Shown: in pieces, positions 9,342-18,628 of the stretch | Layout of the letters: every line of letters begins with the position of its first letter | How positions within the stretch are numbered: position 1 is the stretch's first letter | IMG/VR virus record: IMGVR_UViG_3300044724_001926 | Span: 1-38,635 of that record | DNA: 38,635 bases | Strand: one strand, 5' to 3' | Origin: a virus | Lineage: Duplodnaviria > Caudoviricetes | Made by a program: the position numbers and the translations under genes | Notes under the pieces: model-generated | What the model saw: only the letters and a program-made list of their open reading frames with translations | What the model was told of the DNA's origin: nothing | The model's database searches: none

Positions 9342-11936
9342 ATGAACTTCCCAGACAATCCATCAGGCGGCGATCTTTTTAACGGGTTCATCTACAACGC
9401 CACACTCGGCGTGTGGGACGTTGCTACATCTGATGGATACTTCGCGGTTACTAACAACGCATCGAGCGCTTATGTTTTTAGTGGCTTTGGCACCGATAGC
9501 GACAGCAACCCTACGCTTTACTTGCATAGGGGCAAAACTTACGAGTTTGCGGTAAATGCGTCAGGCCATCCGTTTTATATAAAAACAGTATCAGGAACGG
9601 GTACGGGCAATGCGTACTCTGACGGCGTAACTAACAACGGGGCAGAAACCGGAACAATTAAGTTTGTTGTGCCGCAGGATGCCCCATCAAAGCTGTATTA
9701 CAACTGCTCAAATCACTCTGCTATGGCGGGAGAAATTATTATCCCTAGAGCGGCGCAGATTGATGATTTGAGCGATGTAGACACATCTACAACTGCACCC
9801 ACAGACGGCCAAGTTTTAACATGGGACAACGCAAACAGCTATTGGGAGCCAGCGACGCCGGTTTCTCTAACAAGCCTTTCTGTTACAACAAACGCCGCAG
9901 GAACGGCGGCGCTTACATACAGCAACGGCACGGGTGTATTTACTTATACCCCGCCAGATTTGTCTAGCTACTTGACTTCAGAGGTTAATGATTTAACTGC
10001 ATCAGTTACATGGGCTGACGTACCTAGCGCAAACATTACCCAGCTAGCCGTTACCCAGCATGAGGCGGCGTTAAGCATTACCAGCACTCAAGTGACCGAC
10101 TTTGGCGAAGCGGTTGATGATCAAGTCAACACGCTATTGCAGGCCGGTCTAGGCGTTGATCTGACGTATGACGATGCGAACAACGAGCTAACAATAGACT
10201 CCAATCACGTAGAGGTTGCCTGTACTAACAACTCAGGCGCATCTATTAGTATCGGTACGCCCGTTTATCAAACAGGGACAAGCGGTAATAACATTACCAT
10301 AGCCCCAGCAGATGCCGATGACTCTGCGAAGATGCCAGCAATCGGTTTAACTACCTCAACCATTGCAAATGGTAATGATGGCACAGTGGTTATTATGGGC
10401 GTTGTCACTGGCCTAGATACGTCTACGTTTACGGCTGGTGATGTGCTTTATGTTGGCACTACGGCTGGCACGCTAACGACTACTGCGCCAACTGGTCAAT
10501 CTGGCCTTATACAAAACTTCGGCAGAGTGCTAAAGGTCAACGCCTCTAGCGGCTCAATTGCTGTTATGGGTGCAGGGCGAGCTAATGCCGTCGCAAACCT
10601 GAATGACGGCAATGTTTTTATAGGTAATGCCAGTAACCAAGCCGAAGCGCGGGCACTGGTAGAGGCAGATATTAGCGATCTGGGAACGTATTTAACCAGC
10701 GTTGCGTTAAATGACGTGTCAGACGTAACGATTACAACGGCGTCAAATGGTCAGGTTTTAAAGTACAACGGGACAGCATGGGTAAATGCGACGGATTCCA
10801 GCGGTATTGCGCTAACTGACCTTTCTGTTACGACTAACGCCGCTGGCACTGCGGCTCTCACATACACCAATAGCACGGGCGTGTTTACTTATACGCCCCC
10901 AGACTTATCGGGTTACTTGACAAGCATTTCCGGTCAAAGTATTGAGGACTTGTCTGATGTAAACACTATGACGCCGACCGATGGGCAAGTGCTTACATGG
11001 GACAACGCAAATAGCCGTTGGGATGCGGCCTCGCCATCAGGCGGCACTTATAACGACGCCAGTGTAGACGCGCACCTCAACACTAGTACAGCCGCCACAA
11101 ACGAAGTATTGAGTTGGAACGGCACAGATTACGATTGGGTCGCACAGTCTGGCGGCGGTGCGTCTGTTACTACAGCAGATACAGCGCCTTCATCACCATC
11201 AGACGGTGATCTCTGGTACGACACAACCACACTGCGGCTCTACGTCTACTACAACGACGGCACTTCGTCGCAGTGGGTGAAGGCTAATCCGTCTGGCTCG
11301 GGCATCGCGCTTACAAGCCTGTCAGTAACCACCAATTCGGTAGGCACGGCGGCTCTCAGCTATAACAATACGACAGGTGTATTCAGCTATACCCCGCCAG
11401 ACCTATCTAGCTACTTGACGGGCATTACAGGCCAAAGCATCGCGAACCTGTCTGATGTATACGACTCTATTTCGCCAACCAATAACAGCGTTCTTCAATG
11501 GGACAATGTAAACAGCCGATGGGACGCGGCGCTTGGGGTAACGCCCAATAATGTGCAAAGTTATGTTGATACGCACATCAACACCAGCACTGCGGCAACA
11601 AATGAAATACTAAGCTGGAATGGCACGGACTATGATTGGATTGAGCAGGGCGTAAGCACGGTATACGCACTTTCTGGCACTGCAATAGACCCAACTAACG
11701 GCGGCATCCAGACAAAGACCATCGCGGCTAATACAACATTCACAGAGACGCTAGCCTCTGGCGAGAGTGTGGTGCTGATGCTGGAAGGCGCGGCGTCCTA
11801 CACAATCACATGGCCTACGATAACGTGGGTCACAAGCTCTGGTAATTCTGCCCCTACGCTTACAGCGAAAGATACGCTGGTGCTTTGGAAGGTCAGCACA
11901 ACTCTGTACGGGGCTTATGTAGGTAGCTACGCATGA
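9342..11936 (+). CDS. Long modular tail fibre (cupredoxin-like domain, DUF2190-like domain, internal repeats)
   Basis: SD GGAGG; MNFPDNP N-terminus; GHPF...YYNCSNHSAM; three LSVTTN..GTAAL.Y.N.TGVF.YTPPDLS.YLT repeats; several LSDV...GQVL.W repeats; C-terminal YTITWP..W...APTLT domain. Confidence 0.78.
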   Translation: MNFPDNPSGGDLFNGFIYNATLGVWDVATSDGYFAVTNNASSAYVFSGFGTDSDSNPTLYLHRGKTYEFAVNASGHPFYIKTVSGTGTGNAYSDGVTNNGAETGTIKFVVPQDAPSKLYYNCSNHSAMAGEIIIPRAAQIDDLSDVDTSTTAPTDGQVLTWDNANSYWEPATPVSLTSLSVTTNAAGTAALTYSNGTGVFTYTPPDLSSYLTSEVNDLTASVTWADVPSANITQLAVTQHEAALSITSTQVTDFGEAVDDQVNTLLQAGLGVDLTYDDANNELTIDSNHVEVACTNNSGASISIGTPVYQTGTSGNNITIAPADADDSAKMPAIGLTTSTIANGNDGTVVIMGVVTGLDTSTFTAGDVLYVGTTAGTLTTTAPTGQSGLIQNFGRVLKVNASSGSIAVMGAGRANAVANLNDGNVFIGNASNQAEARALVEADISDLGTYLTSVALNDVSDVTITTASNGQVLKYNGTAWVNATDSSGIALTDLSVTTNAAGTAALTYTNSTGVFTYTPPDLSGYLTSISGQSIEDLSDVNTMTPTDGQVLTWDNANSRWDAASPSGGTYNDASVDAHLNTSTAATNEVLSWNGTDYDWVAQSGGGASVTTADTAPSSPSDGDLWYDTTTLRLYVYYNDGTSSQWVKANPSGSGIALTSLSVTTNSVGTAALSYNNTTGVFSYTPPDLSSYLTGITGQSIANLSDVYDSISPTNNSVLQWDNVNSRWDAALGVTPNNVQSYVDTHINTSTAATNEILSWNGTDYDWIEQGVSTVYALSGTAIDPTNGGIQTKTIAANTTFTETLASGESVVLMLEGAASYTITWPTITWVTSSGNSAPTLTAKDTLVLWKVSTTLYGAYVGSYA

Positions 11937-13618
11937 AGCCTTTAGATAAGGCTCTGATGGCCGCCGCTGGTAACGTGCCTACAGGAGCGCCTACCAACCC
12001 CAACGCATGGGACATTTCGTATTCACATCTAGACCACACAAATTCATCTAACTTTTTTGATATAGATGAAATGGTCATCTCTGGTCAGTTTGACACCGCC
12101 CCTACAGAGACAATCCCACGAGGAATATCGTTTAAACCAGACGGCACGAAAATGTATCTTTGTGGCGATCAAGGCAATGATATAAACGAATACGATTTAA
12201 GTACTGCATGGTATCCAACTACAGCCAGTTATTCGCAATCCTTTTCTGTGTCATCGCAAGACGTTGTTCCAAGAGGTATTTTTTTTAGCTCAGATGGCAC
12301 AAAATTTTATATTGTTGGCGATACTAACGATAGCGTATTCAGATACGACCTTAGCACGGCATGGGATGTCAGTACCGCAAGTCATCAACAAACACTGTCT
12401 GTAAGTGCGAAAGAAACGCTTCCAAATGGCATTCAGTTTAAATCAGATGGCACGAAAATGTACATTGTTGGCGATAGCAGTGCCAATGTGCATGAATATA
12501 ATTTAAGTACAGCGTGGGATTTAAGTACAGCCAGTTTCTCCCAGTCATTCAGCTTAGTATTACCGACCAATTATGAGTCTCGTCCTATGGATTTGTACTT
12601 TCATCCTAATGGCACGAGTTTTTGGGTATCTGGAATAATTGGTGATGGAGTCGATGAATTCTCACTAAGCACAGCGTGGGACATTAGCACTGCGTCTCAT
12701 GTGCAATATTTAAAACTTTATAACAACGTTAATGGAAACTCTGCTGGCGATATAAACGCCACCGCAGAGTATCAGATTTTTGGAATTTACTGGTCGCCTG
12801 ACGGCGATCATTTCTATATGTGCGGCAATAAATCCACTGACGTACATCACTATAGAGCGGGGGTTAAATATTTACGCGTCGAAACCGAAGAAATATCCCC
12901 AAACGGGTTATTTTTCAAATCTGATGGAACCAAGGTATATGTCACAGGAAACAGTAGCGATAATATTGCCGAGTACAATTTAAGCACCGCGTGGGATGTA
13001 TCAACAGGCTCCTTCTCACAAGCTCGGTCTTGCAAGTCAGACAATAGCGTTATGACTGCGCCGCAAGGACTGTTTTTTAAACCTGATGGAACCAAAGTCT
13101 ATGTAACGGGATCAACTAGTGATGTTGTAGCGGAATATGACCTGAGTACCGCGTGGGATGTAAGCACTATGAGCCACAATCAAAACTTTTCTGTAGCCTC
13201 ACAAGAAGCTACACCAGCAGGAGTATTTTTCAAAGACGATGGGTCTAAGATGTATGTTGTTGGATTTACCAGTGATAATATAAACGAGTATGGGTTAACT
13301 ACTGCATGGGATGTTAGCACTGCCAGTTACTCTCAGGCATTTAGCGTAAATTCACAGGAAACTGCGCCGAGAGGATTGTCTTTTAAAGATGATGGAACAA
13401 AAATGTATATCGCTGGATCTAATGGTGATGACATAAACGAATACGACCTTAGCACAGCGTGGGACATAAGTACTGCTACTTTTAATCAAAACTATAAAGA
13501 GGTAGATCCGGTGGAGGGCGTTTTGCAGGACCTTTATTTTAAACCGGATGGTACAAAGTATTGGATAATAGGCACCGCGCAGGACAGAGTATATCAATTT
13601 AATATAAGGAGTAGCTAA
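11933..13618 (+). CDS. Beta-propeller repeat protein, putative receptor-binding adhesin
   Basis: Ten FxxDGxK-type blades of about 51 aa, most followed by LSTAWDxSTAS; short N-terminal LMAAAG segment; ATGA-coupled to the fibre gene. Confidence 0.75.
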   Translation: MKPLDKALMAAAGNVPTGAPTNPNAWDISYSHLDHTNSSNFFDIDEMVISGQFDTAPTETIPRGISFKPDGTKMYLCGDQGNDINEYDLSTAWYPTTASYSQSFSVSSQDVVPRGIFFSSDGTKFYIVGDTNDSVFRYDLSTAWDVSTASHQQTLSVSAKETLPNGIQFKSDGTKMYIVGDSSANVHEYNLSTAWDLSTASFSQSFSLVLPTNYESRPMDLYFHPNGTSFWVSGIIGDGVDEFSLSTAWDISTASHVQYLKLYNNVNGNSAGDINATAEYQIFGIYWSPDGDHFYMCGNKSTDVHHYRAGVKYLRVETEEISPNGLFFKSDGTKVYVTGNSSDNIAEYNLSTAWDVSTGSFSQARSCKSDNSVMTAPQGLFFKPDGTKVYVTGSTSDVVAEYDLSTAWDVSTMSHNQNFSVASQEATPAGVFFKDDGSKMYVVGFTSDNINEYGLTTAWDVSTASYSQAFSVNSQETAPRGLSFKDDGTKMYIAGSNGDDINEYDLSTAWDISTATFNQNYKEVDPVEGVLQDLYFKPDGTKYWIIGTAQDRVYQFNIRSS

Positions 13619-14073
13619 TGTATGTTAAAGCAGAAAATAACGAAGTAGTCCAATATCCGTATAGCATTGAGCAGTTTCGTGCTGACAACCCGACTATTTC
13701 GTTTCCAGCAGAGATATCAAACGACACGCTAGCGATGTATGGCGTTTATCCTGTTAGCGCTGACCCAATCCCTACCCATGATTCCACTACTCAACGAGTA
13801 CAAAAATCGACTAATCCTGTTTTGAGGGATGGCGAATGGGTAATAACAAAATCCGTTGTGCAATTAACTGCGGATCAAATTACATCGCACGAAATTACTG
13901 CGGCGACAAAAGTAAGGGCGACAAGAAACAACCTTCTGCAAAAAACAGACTGGTGCGCTTTGAGCGACGTAACAATGTCAGCCGAAATGGCCGCATATCG
14001 TCAGGCGTTGCGAGATTTGCCCGCCCAAGAAGGTTTCCCCTATACCGTAACTTGGCCTAACAAGCCAGAGTGA
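13618..14073 (+). CDS. Tail fibre assembly chaperone
   Basis: C-terminal VRATRNNLL..TDW...D......YRQALRDLP...FP..V.WP.KP signature. Confidence 0.82.
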   Translation: MYVKAENNEVVQYPYSIEQFRADNPTISFPAEISNDTLAMYGVYPVSADPIPTHDSTTQRVQKSTNPVLRDGEWVITKSVVQLTADQITSHEITAATKVRATRNNLLQKTDWCALSDVTMSAEMAAYRQALRDLPAQEGFPYTVTWPNKPE

Positions 14074-14080
14074 GGAAATA

Positions 14081-16723
14081 ATGGCAGTTAATTTTCCAAG
14101 CAACCCCACTAACGGCCAGACGATTACCGTTAGCGGGATCACCTACGCTTACGACTCTACGCAAGGCGTTTGGTCTGACAGTCCCCAGGGTCTTACTCAG
14201 GCAATCGACGCGCTGACAGACGTAGATACGTCCACAGTAGCGCCGACCAACGGGCAAGTGTTGCAGTGGAATAGCACGGATAGCGAGTGGCAACCGGCCG
14301 ACTCATCTGCTGGCGTGACGGTATACGCAACAATCAACGATCTGCCTTTGAGTGGAGTAACAGAGGGGTCGATGGCGCTAGTCGATTCTACGGACAAGCT
14401 CTATATCTTTAGTGATTCAGGTTGGTACTCAATCAGCATTGTGAACACTACGCCCTCTATCAGCGGCGTTAGCGCTACTTACACCCTTGCTACAGATGGC
14501 ACGGCCACGGTTGTTACGGTTACTGCTACTGACCCAGAAGGTATTCCGATCACTTACAGCATTGTCAGCGATACGTCTGGAAATGTTGCAACGGTTACTC
14601 AAGGCACTGGAGCGAATACAAACCAGTGGACGATTACGCCAAGCACTAACACTGCGAATGCCGGTAACTTTACTTTGGTATTTAGAGCTAGTGATGGCGT
14701 TAACATTGCATCGACAAGCTCTACATTTGAGCTGAGGTTTACAGTCGAAAAGAGCAACTACACCACCGCGTTAATTACTCCAGCAGATAACGGCTACACC
14801 AGCAATAAAGTATTCCGCGATAGCTCCGGTAACAACCACACGATTACCGCGAATGGAGATGCTACTCAAAACACCTTTAGCCCCTATAGGCATGGCGGGT
14901 ATTCAACTTATTTTGATGGTAGTGGTGATTATTTAAAAGCTATAGATCATGCCAACTTTGATATGGGCACTGGCAACTTTACTATAGAGCTGTGGATGTA
15001 TGCAGATTCTCAAAGCACCTCTTATCCTGCTTTGGTATCAAGTTCAAACTACAATTCTGCAGGCTCTAGCTCTATTAGATTTGACAATACCGGTCAAAAT
15101 GACAAATTATATTTATATTGTAACTCGGCATCCCCGAGCGCAGATCCACTATTAACATCATCATCAACTTTATCTTTAAATGAGTGGCACCACGTTGCTT
15201 TAGTTCGAGATGGGACAAGTTTAAAATTCTATGTTGACGGTACAGAAAATGGCTCAGTAACCATAGGTTCCGGCCAAACATTTGATTTTAGTGTCGGGGA
15301 GCTAAGGGTTGGCAGGGGTTTTGATGTTGACGGCGCAAATGGTTACTTTACCGGACATATATCAGACCTGCGTATTGTAAAAGGCACAGCAATCACTCCT
15401 TCATCCGGTGGCCCAACACAACGCCTCACCGCAGTTGCAAACACAAGCCTACTAACGTGCCATCTGCCTTACATAGCTGACGGATCATCTACAGGTCACT
15501 CTATTACTGTAAACGGTAACACCAAAACAGAGCCCTTCGGCCCTTACGATAACGCTGAATACTCAGCCAGCAGGCACGGCGGTTCTGCTTATTTTGATGG
15601 TACGGGTGATTATTTAAACTCTGGCACAAACGCTAGTCTGGCGTTGGGTAGTGGCGATTTTACATTTGAATGCTGGGTTTACCCTCCATCTGCATCTGTT
15701 CCTAACTACGCAGGAATTTATTCAAGCACCAGCGACGGCATTAACGACTCTAATGCTTTGCGATTTGGTAATGTAGGAACTGATGCTACAACTCTTATTG
15801 TGCAAACTGCGGCATCTACTATTTTTCAGTCGACGACTGGAGTAGTCAAAGTTGGGCAATGGAATCATTGCGCGCTTGTTAGAAGCGGCACAGGCACTAA
15901 CAATATGACGATCTATGTAAATGGAGAAGCGTCGGGTTCAGGTACTAGCACTGCAAACTTCTCAACAGGTTACGCGACTATTGGCACCAATGTTTACAAT
16001 ACTGCCCATTATTTGTATTCAGGATACATCGCAGATGTGAGAGTGGTTAGTGGCACTGCAGTCTACACTTCCGCTTTCCCTCCGCCTACAGCCCCACTAA
16101 CAGCTATAACCAACACCAGCCTGCTGTTGCCGTTCGATGACGCAACGATCATTGATAAGTCTCAAACGTGCAAAAATATTGAGGTATTTGGCAACACCAC
16201 AGTGTCAACGTCACAAACAAAATACGGTAGTTACTCAATGTATTTTGACGGCTCTGGCGATTATTTAAAAATTCAAAACCATGACTTTATGCCGCTCAGA
16301 AATTCAGGCAAGGACTTTACGATAGAGTTTTGGATTTATTTAAATAACATCTCAGCAGAGCAAAATATAGTTGAAACAGTCCCGCACGGCGCAACAACCG
16401 GATGGACGGTTTATGTTCTTGGCAGTAGCGGGCGGCTGGATATGTACCCCAATCATACAAATATGACCACGCTATCTGCATCCACTTGGTATCACGTAGC
16501 TATAGAAAACTACGGCGGTACTTTAAAGTGCTTCATAAACGGTACGTCTACTTACTCCGCAACAATGATCGCTAGCTCCGCGGCATCTACCTTTATTATC
16601 GGCTCAAGGTCAGGGACGGGAAATTACCTTAACGGTTATATAGAAGACTTACGATTTACCAATGGATACGCCAGATACCAAGGCGCTAATTTCTCAGCAC
16701 CATCAGCCGCGTTGGAGGGGTAA
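14081..16723 (+). CDS. Tail fibre with three LamG/concanavalin A-like lectin domains
   Basis: MAVNFPSNPTNGQ N-terminus; cadherin/Ig-like TATDPEG unit; three YFDG(S/T)GDYL...FT(I/F)E.W...W.H.A.....Y/F.NG/DG...G.I.D.R repeats. Confidence 0.82.
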   Translation: MAVNFPSNPTNGQTITVSGITYAYDSTQGVWSDSPQGLTQAIDALTDVDTSTVAPTNGQVLQWNSTDSEWQPADSSAGVTVYATINDLPLSGVTEGSMALVDSTDKLYIFSDSGWYSISIVNTTPSISGVSATYTLATDGTATVVTVTATDPEGIPITYSIVSDTSGNVATVTQGTGANTNQWTITPSTNTANAGNFTLVFRASDGVNIASTSSTFELRFTVEKSNYTTALITPADNGYTSNKVFRDSSGNNHTITANGDATQNTFSPYRHGGYSTYFDGSGDYLKAIDHANFDMGTGNFTIELWMYADSQSTSYPALVSSSNYNSAGSSSIRFDNTGQNDKLYLYCNSASPSADPLLTSSSTLSLNEWHHVALVRDGTSLKFYVDGTENGSVTIGSGQTFDFSVGELRVGRGFDVDGANGYFTGHISDLRIVKGTAITPSSGGPTQRLTAVANTSLLTCHLPYIADGSSTGHSITVNGNTKTEPFGPYDNAEYSASRHGGSAYFDGTGDYLNSGTNASLALGSGDFTFECWVYPPSASVPNYAGIYSSTSDGINDSNALRFGNVGTDATTLIVQTAASTIFQSTTGVVKVGQWNHCALVRSGTGTNNMTIYVNGEASGSGTSTANFSTGYATIGTNVYNTAHYLYSGYIADVRVVSGTAVYTSAFPPPTAPLTAITNTSLLLPFDDATIIDKSQTCKNIEVFGNTTVSTSQTKYGSYSMYFDGSGDYLKIQNHDFMPLRNSGKDFTIEFWIYLNNISAEQNIVETVPHGATTGWTVYVLGSSGRLDMYPNHTNMTTLSASTWYHVAIENYGGTLKCFINGTSTYSATMIASSAASTFIIGSRSGTGNYLNGYIEDLRFTNGYARYQGANFSAPSAALEG

Positions 16724-16729
16724 AACTTT

Positions 16730-17203
16730 GTGGATCCTGTATCTCTGGTAGCAATGGCGTCTACTGCGTTCAAGGGCGTACAGGTTCTTGTATCCAAAGG
16801 CGCAGAGATTGAACACGTAGCTCAGAAGTTAGGCCAGTGGTACACGCTTGCAAGTGATTTAAAAGAAGCGGAAAAGGAACTAGAAAACCCGCCATTATTT
16901 AAAAAGGTGTTTGATGGTGGATCAGTAGAGGAGCAAGCGTTAAACGCTATCGTAGCAAAAAAAAAGATAGAGGAGCAGGAGAAGCAAATACGCGAGTTGA
17001 TCATGTACGCATATGGTGAAGAAACGTACAAAGAAATGATGCAGATGCGTCGCGACATAAGAACTAAGCGTGAGCAAGTAATTTACAAGCAGAGGCGCAA
17101 ACAACGCAGGATGTTAGACGTTTCTGCAATTATTTTGGCCCTTATGATTACGGGCGGGATCGTCTGGTTTACAATTAACTTTATCAGCTTAGGGAGAGCA
17201 TAA
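16730..17203 (+). CDS. Coiled-coil protein with C-terminal transmembrane helix
   Basis: GTG start with SD GGAGGG; E/K-rich coiled region; ends with hydrophobic AIILALMITGGIVWFTI. Confidence 0.7.
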   Translation: MDPVSLVAMASTAFKGVQVLVSKGAEIEHVAQKLGQWYTLASDLKEAEKELENPPLFKKVFDGGSVEEQALNAIVAKKKIEEQEKQIRELIMYAYGEETYKEMMQMRRDIRTKREQVIYKQRRKQRRMLDVSAIILALMITGGIVWFTINFISLGRA

Positions 17204-17205
17204 GC

Positions 17206-17535
17206 ATGAAATTAATCAGCATTGCAGTAGCGTTAATGTTGTCTATGTCGGCGTTCGGTCAGACCGTTATTTATTATGAGGACGGATCTGTTTACACGGT
17301 GAAGCCTAACGAGCTGGTTTATGTGACGACTGCTGGCAAGATGTACAAAAAGCAATCGTACAAAAACGGCAATGTCTACTTTACTCACACCTTGCCTAAT
17401 GAGAACGTGGACCCAGAAGCGCAAGTAACTGATGGCATGGAAAAGGGTTCTGATGAATGGTGCGAGGCGTATGTTCCCTACCAATACGGGTATACGTTTG
17501 ACGATCAGCTTTATCAAAGAGCTTGCGGTGGCTAA
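17206..17535 (+). CDS. Secreted/periplasmic hypothetical protein
   Basis: Signal peptide MKLISIAVALMLSMSAFG; two C-terminal Cys; SD GGGAG. Confidence 0.7.
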   Translation: MKLISIAVALMLSMSAFGQTVIYYEDGSVYTVKPNELVYVTTAGKMYKKQSYKNGNVYFTHTLPNENVDPEAQVTDGMEKGSDEWCEAYVPYQYGYTFDDQLYQRACGG

Positions 17536-17537
17536 CA

Positions 17538-17768
17538 ATGGATCAGACGCTAATCAACACGATCATCTCTATAGCTTCAGGCGCTTATGCCTTGCTATTA
17601 AAAAGCATGTGGGATTCAGTCAAAAACCTAGATCATCAGGTTGGCAGGCTTGAGGTTAGCGTTGCTGGTGAATACTTACGCCGTGAAGAATGGAAAAGTG
17701 ACATGCAAAGGTTATTCGCTAAGCTGGAAGCAATAGACTCCAAGCTAGACGGGAAAGTAGACAAGTGA
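17538..17768 (+). CDS. Small membrane protein, holin/lysis-associated candidate
   Basis: One N-terminal hydrophobic helix plus coiled-coil ending KLDGKVDK; in lysis region. Confidence 0.55.
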   Translation: MDQTLINTIISIASGAYALLLKSMWDSVKNLDHQVGRLEVSVAGEYLRREEWKSDMQRLFAKLEAIDSKLDGKVDK

Positions 17769-17860
17769 GGATGCTGGTAATAGCGGCGTTTGCGGCCCTA
17801 TTAACGTCATGCACTATTGTAACGACGAGCGATCCAGAGTGGACTTGGCCCAATGATTGA
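17765..17860 (+). CDS. 31-aa lipoprotein (not in ORF track)
   Basis: Manual translation MRMLVIAAFAALLTSCTIVTTSDPEWTWPND; lipobox LTSC; GTGA overlap upstream and overlap with the holin start; fills the gap exactly. Confidence 0.6.
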   Translation: MRMLVIAAFAALLTSCTIVTTSDPEWTWPND

Positions 17861-18248
17861 AGCCCTTATAGCGCCAGTAACGAGCTTGCTGGATAAATTT
17901 ATACCTGATGCAGATGAAAAAGCGAGGTTGGCCCATGACATATCGACTATGGCCTCAAAACAGGCTTACGAATTGGCTAGAGAACAAATATCAGTCAACC
18001 GCGAAGAAGCTAAACACGCTAGCATCTTCGTTAGCGGATGGCGTCCATCAGTTGGTTGGCTCTGTTGTGCTGGGATGGGGGTTAATTATATCTGCGTCCC
18101 TGTTGCTAATTTCTCTTGTGCTTTGGCTGGTGTAGATGTCGTTATGCCCAACCTTGATATTTCGGAGATGATGCCGGTTCTATTGGGGATGCTGGGTCTG
18201 GGCGCAATGAGAACCGTAGAAAAGACCAAGAAAGTAGCCCGCGACTAA
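17853..18248 (+). CDS. Holin, 3TM (GTA-holin-like) family
   Basis: LDKFIPD..EK, EAKH.S.FVSGWRP.VGW, LLGMLGLG.MRT.EK motifs; directly upstream of endolysin. Confidence 0.85.
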   Translation: MIEALIAPVTSLLDKFIPDADEKARLAHDISTMASKQAYELAREQISVNREEAKHASIFVSGWRPSVGWLCCAGMGVNYICVPVANFSCALAGVDVVMPNLDISEMMPVLLGMLGLGAMRTVEKTKKVARD

Positions 18249-18619
18249 TGACATACTTTTCTGATGACGAGCTACGCTGTCAGTGTGGCTGTGGCGATCT
18301 GGTGTTTGATGATGAAGTACGCAAGCATTTAGACGCCATTAGAGAGACGGTTGGCTTTGCCTTGCCGGTCACTAGCGGTTACCGTTGCCCAAGCCATCCA
18401 ATAGAAGCCGCCAAGGACGCCTCTGGGAAGCCCGTAGGGGCACATTGCACAGGGAAGGCCGTAGACATAGGGGTAAGCGGTAAAGACGCTCACAGGCTCA
18501 TTGCGGCGGCTGTACTGCATGATGTTCCCCGTATCGGTATAAATCAGAAAGGGCCAGCCCGATTTATACACCTAGATTGGGATTACACCCGACCCCATCC
18601 GACCATCTGGTCATATTAA
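18248..18619 (+). CDS. Endolysin, peptidase M15A family
   Basis: YFS..EL.C.CGC, VTSGYRC..H, H..G.AVD and FIHLD Zn-peptidase motifs. Confidence 0.9.
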   Translation: MTYFSDDELRCQCGCGDLVFDDEVRKHLDAIRETVGFALPVTSGYRCPSHPIEAAKDASGKPVGAHCTGKAVDIGVSGKDAHRLIAAAVLHDVPRIGINQKGPARFIHLDWDYTRPHPTIWSY

Positions 18620-18628
18620 ACTCGCGTT

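Noticed and set aside
7145-9344. In-frame TAA-ATG junctions at 7147/7148 and 9341/9342 suggesting stop readthrough or recoding
   Set aside because: TAA is a poor readthrough codon, downstream genes have their own SD-like sequences and typical N-termini, and all three stops are used normally
12180-13480. Regularly spaced agcac.gc.tggga DNA repeats resembling a CRISPR array
   Set aside because: They are degenerate at third codon positions, about 150 bp apart, and encode the STAWD protein repeat
7606-16723. Diversity-generating retroelement or invertible fibre cassette
   Set aside because: No reverse transcriptase or recombinase catalytic domain, no adenine-specific TR/VR pair seen, and no inverted fibre segments
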